Made by a program: the position numbers and the translations under genes. Positions 1-15,827 of a stretch of DNA of 64,000 nucleotides are shown piece by piece; the first letter of the stretch is position 1, and every line of letters starts with the position of its first letter. The stretch is from the human T2T-CHM13v2.0 reference genome, Homo sapiens: the NCBI RefSeq assembly GCF_009914755.1, contig NC_060940.1; one strand, 5' to 3'. The notes below the pieces were generated by a model. That model had not been told where the DNA came from. It saw nothing but the letters and a program-made list of their open reading frames with translations, and did no database searches.

Positions 1-113
1 ATTAGGACAGCTGATGAATGCTGAAGATATAGGTACTTGATATCCTCTTGTGGAAATTTTGACTCCAAACTTTCAGCTGGAAGGTCAGTGGAATAACTTT
101 AAAAAAGAATCAC

Positions 114-416
<303 letters not shown>

Positions 417-951
417 TCACAATGCATGGCTTTTTAGATTTTTGGTACATACGTTAAGGATTGTGAACAAACTGAAATGTCTGTGTAGTGATCCTCAACA
501 CAACCAATAAAATCGCAATTGCGACAGAAGGTAAAAAAACACTCGTGTATGGTGAGATGCAGTGGGGGAGGGTTGCGGGGAGAGGTATGGTGGCGTTCAG
601 AAAACCACATGCATTGCCAGGGCAAGATGTGTGCTCAGAAAGGGACCTGAGAAGACCCTGAGTTTTCACATGGGCTGTTCCCTAGACTCTGTGCGAGCCC
701 CAGTGCAAGTGCTGTAGAAGTGCCCTAGCACAGAGCCAGTCTGCAAAGACTGGGAAATATGATTGCTGTTTGTTTTATTTCTTGGTTTCATGTTTGTTTG
801 TTTGTTTTTAGTTCCTGCTATTCAAGGAAATCTCTGTCAAAACATTAGATGAACACGAACTGAAGGAACAGAAATTTCAGTGACACACATGACAAGGAAT
901 ACAGTCTTTCAAAAAAATAGTTTGGAAAATTACTAAACAAATGGCACTATA

Positions 952-1252
<301 letters not shown>

Positions 1253-1478
1253 AAATGGCATTATAAACAAAGAAAAAAAACCCTAGCAAACGATGGGAGT
1301 GGGTGAGAACCTGATTTCCAGAGTTACATTATAATATCTAAATGTTCGGTTTAGAGCAAAAAAATCACAAGGCATACAAAGAACAAAAAATTTATAGCCT
1401 ATTCAAAGAAACAAAATTAACCAACAGATAAAATCCTGGAAGAAGCCTAGGCATCAGACTTACCAGACAAAAACTTTA

Positions 1479-2230
1479 CTTTTTTTTTTTTTTAAATTTT
1501 TAATTTTTGTGGGTACATAGAAGGTGTATACATTCATGGGTTACATGATGTATTTTGATACAGACATACAATGTGTAATAATCACATCAGGGTAAATGGG
1601 GTTTTTCCATTACCTCAAGCATTTGTCCTTTGTGCACAAACAATCCAATTCTACTCTTCTATTTTAAAATGTACAATTAATTATGGACTATAGTCACAAT
1701 GCTGCATTAACAAATACTAGGTCTTATTCATTCTTTCTATTTGTTTTTGTACACATTAACCATCGCCACTTCCCTACTACTATTCTTCCCAGCCTCTGGT
1801 AACCATCCTTCCACGATTTCCATGAGTTCACAATTGTTTTAATTTTTAGATCCCATAAATAAGTGAGAACATGCCAAGTTTGTCTTTCTGTGCCTGGCTT
1901 CTTTCATTTAACAGAATGACCTTCACTTCCCTCCATGTTGTTGCAAATGATGTAATCTCATTCTTTCTTATGCCTGAATAGTACTCAGTTATATAGATGT
2001 ACCACATTTTCTTTATCCATTCATCTGTTGATGGACTTCCATATCTTGGCTATTGTGAAGAGTGCTAAAATAAACATGGGAATGCAGATATCTCTGTGAC
2101 ATACTGATTTCCTTTCTTTTGGGCATATACCTAGCAGTGGGACTGCAGGATCCACATGGTAGCTCTATATTTAGTTTCCTGAGGAACCTCCGAACTGTTC
2201 TCTATAATGACTGTAATAATGTATATTCCT
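1479..2230 (-). mobile_element. 5'-truncated L1MA 3' end inserted into the older L1
   Basis: Poly-T then the L1MA 3'UTR signature (tttttgtgggtacatag...). TSD agacaaaaacttta (1465-1478) / agacaaatacttta (2231-2244). Confidence 0.85.
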
Positions 2231-3956
2231 AGACAAATACTTTAAAACAACTATCTTAAATATGTTCAAAGGGCTAAAGAAAATATAGGCAAGTAGCTAA
2301 TAGAAATCAGGAAAATGATTTATGAACAAAATGAGAATATCAATAAGGAGATTATAAATGAACCAAACAGATACTCTGGACCTGAAAAGTATAACTGAAA
2401 TATAAAGTTCCCTAGAAATGGGGGGCCTCAACAGCAGATTTGAACAGGCACAAGAAACAGTGAACTTGAAAATAGGACAAATGACATCAAGTGTGAGGAG
2501 CACAAAGAAAAAACGATGAAGAAAAATAAATAAAGCACAAGGGACCCAAGGGACACCATCAAGTGGATCACCATATGCATTATAAAACTGCCAGAAAAGA
2601 AAAGAGAACAAAGAGAACACTTGAAGAAATCATGGCCAAAAACCTTTAGAAATTTGAGAAAAAACATGAATCTACAAATCCAAGAAGCTCAAAGAAGTCC
2701 ACATACGATACTCTCAAAGAGACCCACACCAAGACACACAGCCAAACTATTAAAGCCAAAGAGAAAGAAAATTTTGAGAACAGAAAAAACAAACAAAAAA
2801 CCAATTCATCATGAAAAAGGGATACTCAGATTAACAGTCCATCAGAAACGACAGAGGCCAGCAGGCAGTGGGATGATGTATTTAAAACACTCAAAGAAAA
2901 ACAGTAAACCCAAAATTTTATATAATGTAAAACTTTCCTTCAAGAACAAAGAAGAAATGTAAGATATTCCCAGATAAAGGCGGAGGGAATTTTTTTTTCC
3001 ACTATCAGACCTGCTATATGAGAAATGCTAAAAAGCCATATAAAGAAAAAAAATTATTGGTAAAAGCATATACCTGGGCAAGTATAAAAGCCAGTATTAT
3101 TGTATTATTTATCTGTAACACAACTTTTTATTTGCTATATGATTTAAAAGACAAATGTATAAATATTATGTATTGAGCACAAATTATATAAAGATATATT
3201 CTGGGACATCAATAACATAAACAGGAATAAAAGAGCTATATAGTAGCAGAGTTTTTGTGTGGTATTACATTAAGCTGGTTTCAATTCAAATTAGAAGGCT
3301 ACAACTTTAGTTGTTAAATGTAATACCCATGGTAACCACAAACACGAAAATATAGAATATGTGCAAAAAGAAATGAGAAAAGAATCAAAACCATTCACTA
3401 CAAATCAACTAAACATAAAAGGAGGAAACGAAAGAGAAAAAAAGTGAAAAGACATATAGAAAACAAACAGGAAAATGGCAGAAGCAAAATCTTCCTTATC
3501 AGTTAATCATCTTAAGTGTACATAAACACTCAAATCAAAAAGGAGATTGGCAGAATGAATTTTAAAAAAACATGGTCCAACTATATGTTGTCTATAAGAG
3601 ACTCTACATAGAAAAACACAAATAGGTTGAAAGTGAAAGAATGGGCAACAATGCCGGAGAGGTTATATTCATATAGACAAAAGTTTAAGTCAAAAATTGT
3701 TATGAGAGACAAATAAGAACATTGTATAATGACTAAAAGGACAATTCACCAAGAAGATATAACAACTGTAATCATACATACACCTAAAAACATAGGCTCA
3801 AAATGTAAGAAGCACATTCTCTAATCACAATGGAATGAAGCAAAAAAGCAATAGCAGAAGAGAAACAAGAAAATTCACGAATACATGAAAATTAACACAC
3901 TCTAAACAACCAATGGGTCAAAGAAGAATCACTAGGGAAATGAGAAAGTACTTAAA

Positions 3957-4080
3957 AGCCAGGCATGGTAGCTTAGGCCTATAATCCCAGTACTTTGAGA
4001 GGCTGAGGCAAGAGGATTGCTTGGGGCCAGGAGTTTGAGACCAGACTGGGCAACAAACAAAGCAAGACCCCATCTGTAAA

Positions 4081-4111
<31 letters not shown>

Positions 4112-4251
4112 AAAATTAGCCAGGTGTGGTGCGCACTTGTAATCCTAGCTACTCTGGAGGCTGAGGTGGGATGATCCCTTGAGCCCAGGAGTTGGAGATG
4201 CAGTGAGCTAGGACTGCGCCACTGAAAAAAAAAAAAAAAAGAAAAAAAAAA
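3957..4251 (+). mobile_element. Alu (AluJ-like) with (AAAT)n in the middle linker and a shortened 3' end
   Basis: Alu left and right arms, J-type gaggattgcttg.gccaggagttt, A-tail. TSD-like agaaagtactt / agaaaatactt. Confidence 0.85.
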
Positions 4252-7125
4252 AGAAAATACTTGAGACAAATGAAAATAAAAATATAACATACCCATACCC
4301 AGATTTACAAGATCCACAAAGGCAGTACTTGGGGGCAATTCATAGCTTTAGAAGAAAAAAGATCTCAAATCAAGAACACCTTGAGAAACCAGAAAAAGAA
4401 CAAAGTCCAAAGAGCAAAGATGAGGAAAGAAAACAATAAAACTAGAGAAAGATAAAGAAAACGGGATAGACAGACCATTAGAAAAGATTTAAAAAATGGA
4501 TGAACTTTTATCTAGATTGACAAAAAGAGAGATGTACATAACTAAAGTAGCAAATGAAAGTGGGTACATTACTGTTGACTTTAGAGAAATAAAATGCATT
4601 ATAAAAATATTAACAATTGTGTGACAACAAATCAGATAACTCAGATGAAATGAACAAGTTCCTAAAAATACTGAAATTACCTAAACTGACTCAAGAAGAA
4701 ATTAACATTCTCACCAGACCTATAACAAGTAAAGAGATTGAACCATGAATCAAAAATTTCCCAACTAAGAAAAGTCCAACCAGATGGCTTCTCTGTTGAA
4801 TACCACCAATCATTTAAAGAAGAATTAGCATCAAACCTTCTCAAATTCTTCCAGAAAAAGAAGAGGAAGAAACACTTCCCAACTCGTTTTATGAAGGCAG
4901 CATTACTCTGATATCAAAGTCAGATAATGACATCAAAGGAAAATTCCTGAGCAATAGATGCAAAAAAACCCTCAGCATATTAAAATGATTATACACCATA
5001 ACCAAGTGGGATTTATCTCAGAAATGCAAGGGTGATTCAACATAAAATTGACCAATGTAATACATCACAGTAATGGAACGAAGGAAAAAGACCCACATGA
5101 TCATCTCAAGTGACACATAAAAGGCACATGACAAATTCAACACACTTTCATAATATCTCTCAGAAAAATGGAAGTAGAGTGAAATTTTCTGAACATGAAT
5201 TTATAAAGAACCCACAGCTAATATACTCAATGGTGAAAAACTAAAAACATTCCCCCTAAGTTCAGGAAGTTAAGGATGCCCACTTTAAGCACTGCTATTC
5301 AACATACTGGAAATTCTAGTCAGAGCAATTAGACAGGGAAAGAGATAAATGGTATAAAAATTGCAAAGAAAGAAAGAAAACTATCTCTATTTAGAGATGA
5401 CATGATGCTATATTGAGAAAATCCCAAAGAATCCAGAAGAAAGCTAAGAGAATTAAAATAAATGTATTCAGCAAAGTTGCAGGTTGATCTTGTGATCAAC
5501 ACACAAGAAAAAATCAGTTGTGTTTCTATAAAACACCAATGAAAAATCCCCCAAAAATTTAGCAAGCAATTTCATTTACAATAATATGTACAAGAACAAA
5601 ACACCCAGGAGTAAATTTAACCTAAGAGTTGAAATGCTTGTAAACTATATAACATTCCTGAAAATTCAAATTAAAGACCTAAATAAATGGAAAGTCTGTA
5701 TTCAGAGGTTGGAACTAACTAAATATTGTTAATTTGTCAATACTACTCAAAGCCATCACTTTCAATGCAATCACACTCAAAATTTCAACAGCCTTTTTAG
5801 CAGAAATGGAAAAGAAGATTCTCAAATTCATGTGGAATTGCAGGAGCCATGAATAATGAAAACAATTCTGAAGTAGAAGAATACAGTTGGAAGACTCACA
5901 CTTCTGAACTTTAAAACTTACTAAAAACTACAGTAATTAAAACAATATAGTATTGGCATAAGAACAGACATAGACCAATGGAATATAATTTACAGTCTAG
6001 AAATAAACACATAGACGTATGGCCACCTGACAAGGGTACCCAGTCCACTTACTGGAGAAAGAATAGTCTCCTCAACAGATGTTAGAACTGGATTTCCACA
6101 TGAAAAAGGACCCAGCATCTTTTTGTACTCATACCATGTACAAAAACTACCTTAAACTAGATTCTAATAATCTCCATTTAAGTGCTAAAATCATAAAACC
6201 CTTAGTGAAAAGACAACTCACAGAATGGGAGAAAATATTTTCCCATCACATCTGTTTACATAGATATGTTTAAATATGCACATAAAGGATTTAATATGTA
6301 GAATATATAAATTACTTGAAAAATTCAATAATAAAAAGACAAACCACCCAGTTAAAAAATAGGTAAAGAACTTGAATTAACAATTATCCAAAGAAGATAT
6401 AAAAATGGCCAATAAGAACATAAACAGAAGATCAACATCAGTCATTAGAGAAACACAAATGAAAGCCACAACGAAAAACCACTTCACATCTACTAGGAAG
6501 GCTCTAATAATTTTTTTAAAAAGAAAACACGTTAGTGATGATGTGGAGAAACTGGAACCCTTCCGCACTGCTGGTAGGAACGTAAAATGTTTACATTATA
6601 GAAATAGTTTTTAGTTCCTCAGAAAGGTAAACATATAATGACCTTATATCCCAGCAATTTCCCTCCTACTAAAAATAAGTGAAAGCAGGGATTCACATAG
6701 ACTACAGCATTATTCACAATAGGTTAAAGGTAAAAACAACTCGTGAGTTCATCAACAGAAACAGATAATCAAAATGGAAATGAAGTTCTGATACCAGACA
6801 GAACACGGATGAACCGCAAAAACATTATGCTAGGTGAAATAAGTCAGACACAAAAGGGCAAATATTGTAGGATTCCACTTATATGAAATATCTAGAATAG
6901 GCAAATTCATTGAGACAGAAAATAGATTAGAGGTTATCAGAATGAGGAATTATTGCTTAACGGTTATTGAGTTTCTACTTAGAGGCATAGAAAAAGTTCT
7001 GAAAATACATAGTGGTTAATGATGCACAACAGTGTGAATGTAATTAATGCCACTGAATTAATACATTTAAAAATGGTTAAAATGGCAAATTTTATGTTGT
7101 ACATATTTTAACCAAATTTTTAAAA

Positions 7126-7340
7126 AAGTAGATTAGTAGTCATCTGGGACTGTGGTAGGAGTGGAGACTGACTATATGTGGGCAGAAGGGAACTTTCTGG
7201 GTTAATGGAAGTATTCCAAAACTGAGATTGTTGTTATGCTTATACAACTGTCTCATAGTTTATTAAAACTCACTGAACTCTACACTTAAAATGGAAGACT
7301 TTTATGATATGTAAATTTTACTACAATAAAACTGTTAAAA
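7126..7340 (+). mobile_element. Ancient L1 (L1MD/ME-like) 3' end fragment
   Basis: L1M 3'UTR-like sequence ending aataaaactgttaaaaa. Confidence 0.55.
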
Positions 7341-7429
7341 ACTTAAAATAATTTATTTAGCAAGAGTTTTTTCCAAAGGAATTATTTGGTCAACATTTAT
7401 TAAGGGTTACTATGTGTCATCCACCAATC

Positions 7430-7807
7430 TATTTTTAGTTTATTTAAGTTTTAATGTTTGTGGGTACATAGTAGGCATATATATTAATGGGTTATCTGAG
7501 ATATTTGGTACAGGCATTAACCATCCCCACCTTCCCCACACACCTCATTACCCTTCTCAGCCTCTGATAACCATCCTCCTACTGTCTATGTCCATTTCAA
7601 TTGTTTTCAGTTTTAGATCCCACATGTAAGTGAGAACATGGGATGTTGTCTTTCTGTGCCTGGCTTATTTCACTTGACATAATGACTTCCAGTGCTATCC
7701 ATGCTGTTGCAAATGACAGGATCTCATTCTTTTTTATGACTGAATAGTACTCTACTGTGTATAAGTACCACATTTTCTTATCCATTCATCTGTTGATGGA
7801 CATTTAG
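7430..7807 (-). mobile_element. L1MA 3' end fragment
   Basis: tgtgggtacatag...ttgatggacatttag. The rc encodes the L1 ORF2 C-terminal-like MDKKMWYLYTVEYYSVIKKNEILSFA. Confidence 0.8.
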
Positions 7808-7984
7808 CCAGCCACTATTCTAAACACTGGAAATAGAAATATGAAAAGTTATGGTCTCTGTCTTCAAGGAACTCCCAGGAAAGTGGGGGAAAAAAGAAGT
7901 AAACAAATAATTACTATAGTGTTTAGCAAGGGCTAAAACAGTAGGTAAGGCAGGACAAAAAAGGAACTGGCAAGTCATCTAACT

Positions 7985-8524
<540 letters not shown>

Positions 8525-8529
8525 CTGTA

Positions 8530-8681
8530 GGCAATTTGTAACATAATGATGAGTATTTGTGTGTCTAAAGATATGTAAACATAGAAAAGGTACAGCAAAG
8601 AAATGGTACTATAATTTCATGGGACTACCATTGTATATGCGGTCCGTGGTTGACCAAAATGGCACAATGTAGAAAATGACC
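8530..8681 (+). mobile_element. Tigger3/MER7-type DNA transposon end fragment
   Basis: catagaaaaggtacag...atgggactaccattgtatatgcggtccgtggttgacc resembles the Tigger3 terminus. Confidence 0.65.
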
Positions 8682-9882
8682 ATATATGCACCCAACATCG
8701 GAGCACCTAAATATATAGAGCAAATATTAATGGGCACGAATAGAGAAGTAAATAGTAATACAATACTACTAGGAGACTTCAGTATCCCACTTTCAACATT
8801 AATAAGGAACTACCAGAATTGAACTTCACTTAGAACAAAACAGACCTAACAGATATATACAGAACTTTCCATCCAATGGCAGCAAAATACACATACTTTG
8901 CTGGTACACATGGAACATTCTCCAAGATGTGTCCAGTTGGTTTCGATATCAGAGTAATTCTGGTCTTACAGAATGAGTTTGGAAGAATTCCCTCCTCCAT
9001 ATGGTAGGCTGCAAAACAAGTCTTAATAAATTTTAAAAAACTGAAATTGTATCAGGTATTGTTTCCAACCACAACTGTATAAAAATACTCATTGATACAG
9101 GAGGAACTTGGAAAACTATATAAATACATGGGAATTAAACAACATGCTCCTGAAGAACCAATGGTCAATGAAGTAGTTAAAACATTTCTAGAGACAAATG
9201 AAAATGAAATACAACATATCAAAACACATGGGTTACAGCAGAAGCAGTAGTCAGAGGGATGACTACAGCAATAAACACATATCTCAGAAAAGACAAAAGA
9301 TCAATAAAGGGAAGAGTTAGCTTTCTGAAAAGATGAGCAAAATCTACAAACTGTTAGCTAGACTAAGAAACAAAGAGAATACTTAAAATCAGAGAAGAAG
9401 CAGGCATTATAACTGATAGTACTGAAATACAAAGGAACATAAGAGATTATTATGAACAACTATATGCCAACAAACTGGAAAATCTAGAAGACACTGATAA
9501 ATTCCTGGATATACACAACCTACCAAGATTGAATCATGACGAAATATAGAAAATTTAAACAGGCCAATGAGCAATGAGATTGAATCAGTAATAAAGTCTC
9601 ATATCAAAGAAAAGCCCAGGACTTGATGGCTTCACTGCTGAATTCTACCAAACCATGTAAAGAAGAACTAATACCAATTCTCAGAGTATTCCAGAAAACT
9701 GGAGAGGAGGGAATTCTTACAAACTTATTCTACAAGAACAAAATTACTCTGATATCAAAACCAGCCCAGGACACAACAACAACAAAACTACAGGCCAATG
9801 TCCCTGATAAACATAGATCAAAAATGCCTCAACAAAACACTGGCAAACCAAATTCAACAACACATTAAAGATTCACCACGAT

Positions 9883-10927
9883 TGGGGCGGTTCCAAGATG
9901 GCCGAATAGGAACAGCTGCAGTCTACAGCTCCCAGCGTGAGCAACACAGAAGACGGGTGATTTCTGCATTTCCAACTCAGGTACCGGGTTCATCTCACTG
10001 GGGCTTGTCGGACAGTGGGTGCAAGACAGTGGGTGCAGCGCACTGAGCGTGAGCCGAAGCAGGGCGAGGCATCGCCCCACCCAGGAAGTGCAAGGGGTAA
10101 GGGAATTCCCTTTCATAGCCAAGCAAAGCTGTGACAGATGGCACCTGGAAAATCGGGTCACTCCCACCCTAATACCGCGCTTTTCCAATGGTCTTAGCAA
10201 ATGGCACACCAGGAGATTATATCCTGTGCATGGCTGGGAGGGTCTCACGCGCATGGGGCCTTGCTCATTGCTAGCGCAGCAGTCTGAGATCGAACTGCAA
10301 GGCAGCAGCAGGGCTGCGGGAGGGGCGCCCACCATTGCTGAGGATTGAGTAGGTAAACAAAGCAGCTGGGAAGCCCGAAATGGGTGGAGCCCACCACAGC
10401 TCAAGGAGGCCTGCCTGCCTCTGTAGACTCCACCTCTGGGGGCAGGGCATAGCCGAACAAAGGGCAGCAGAAACCTCTGCAGACTTAACTGTTCCTGTCT
10501 GACAGCTTTGAAGAGAGTAGTGGTTCTCCCAGCACAGAGTCTGAGATCTGAGAACGGACAGACTGCCTCCTCAAGTGGGTCTCTGACCCCCAAGTAGCCT
10601 ATCTGGGAGGCACCCCCAAGTAGGGGCAGACTGACACCTCACATGGCCGGGTACCCCTCTGAGACGGAACTTCCAGAGGAACGATCAGACAGCAACATTT
10701 GCTGATCAGCAATATTCGCTGTTCAGCAACATTCACTGTTCTGCAGCCTCCACTGCTGATACCCAGGCAAATAGGGTCTGGAGTGGACCTCCAACAAACT
10801 CCAACAGACCTGCAGCTGAGGGTCCAGAATGTTAAAGGGAAAACTAACAAACAGAAAGGACATCCACACCAAAACCCCATCCGTACGTCACCATCATCAA
10901 AGACAAAAGGTAGATAAAACCACAAAG
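9883..10927 (+). promoter_or_regulatory. L1 5'UTR: internal sense promoter (YY1 site CAAGATGGCC 9894-9903) and antisense promoter region
   Basis: YY1 motif intact, residual CpGs. It retains the segment (ctgctgatacccaggc...gacctgcagctgagggtcc) that is deleted in L1PA2/L1HS. Activity is unknown. Confidence 0.7.
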
Positions 10928-11943
10928 ATGGGGAAAAAACAGAACAGAAAAACTGAAAATTCTAAAAATCAGAGCACCTCTCCTCCTCCAAAGGAACGCA
11001 ACTCCTCACCAGCAACGGAACAAAGCTGGACGGAGAATAACTTTGACGAGTTAAGAGAAGAAGGATTCAGATGATCAAACTTCTCCGAGCTAAAGGAGGA
11101 AGTTTGATCCCAACGCAAAGAAGTTAAAAACCTTGAAAAAAGATTAGACAAATGGCTAACTAGAATAACCAATGCAGAGAAGTCCTTAAAGGACCTGATG
11201 GAGCTGAAAACCATGCACAAGAACTACGTGACAAATGCATAAGCTTCAATAGCTGATTCCATTAACTGGAAGAAAGGGTATCAGTGATGGAAGATCAAAT
11301 GAGCAAAATGAAGTGAGAAGAGACGTTTAGAGAAAAAAGAATAAAAAGAAATGAATAAAGCCTCCAAGAAATATGGGACTATGTGAAAAGACCAAATCTA
11401 CGTCTGAATGGTGTACCTGAAAGTGATAGGGAGAATGGAACCAGGTTGGAAAACACTCTACAGGATATTATCCAGGAGAACTTCCCCAACCTAGCAAGGC
11501 AGGCCAACATTCAAATTCAGGAAATACAGAGAACACCACAAAGATACTCCTTGAGAACAGCAACTCCAAGACACATAATTGTTAGATTCACCAAAGTTGA
11601 AATGAAGGAAAAAATGTTCAGGACAGCCAGAGAGAAAGGTCGGGTTACCCACAAAGGGAAGCCCATCAGACTAACAGCGGATCTCTCAGCAGAAACTCTA
11701 CAAGCCAGAAGAGAGTGGGGGCCAATATTCAACATTCTTAAAGAAAAGAATTTTTAACCCAGAATTTCATATCCAGCCAAACTAAGCTTCACAAGTGAAG
11801 GAGAAATAAAATACTTTACAGACAAGCAAATGCTGAGAGATTTTGTCACCACCAGGCCTGCCCTAAAAGAGCTCCTGAAGGAAGCACTAAACATGGAAAG
11901 GAACAACCGGTACCAGCCACTGCAAAAACATGCCAAATTGTAA
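10928..11943 (+). pseudogene. L1 ORF1 (disrupted)
   Basis: ATG GGG AAA AAA CAG at 10928, premature TGA at 11072-11074 after 48 codons, further stops and frameshifts. KRPNLRL and LQARREW motifs are present downstream. Confidence 0.9.
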
Positions 11944-12006
11944 AGACCACTGATGCTAGGAAGAAACTGCATCAACTAATGAGCAAAGTTACCAGCTAAC
12001 ATCATA

Positions 12007-15827
<3,821 letters not shown>

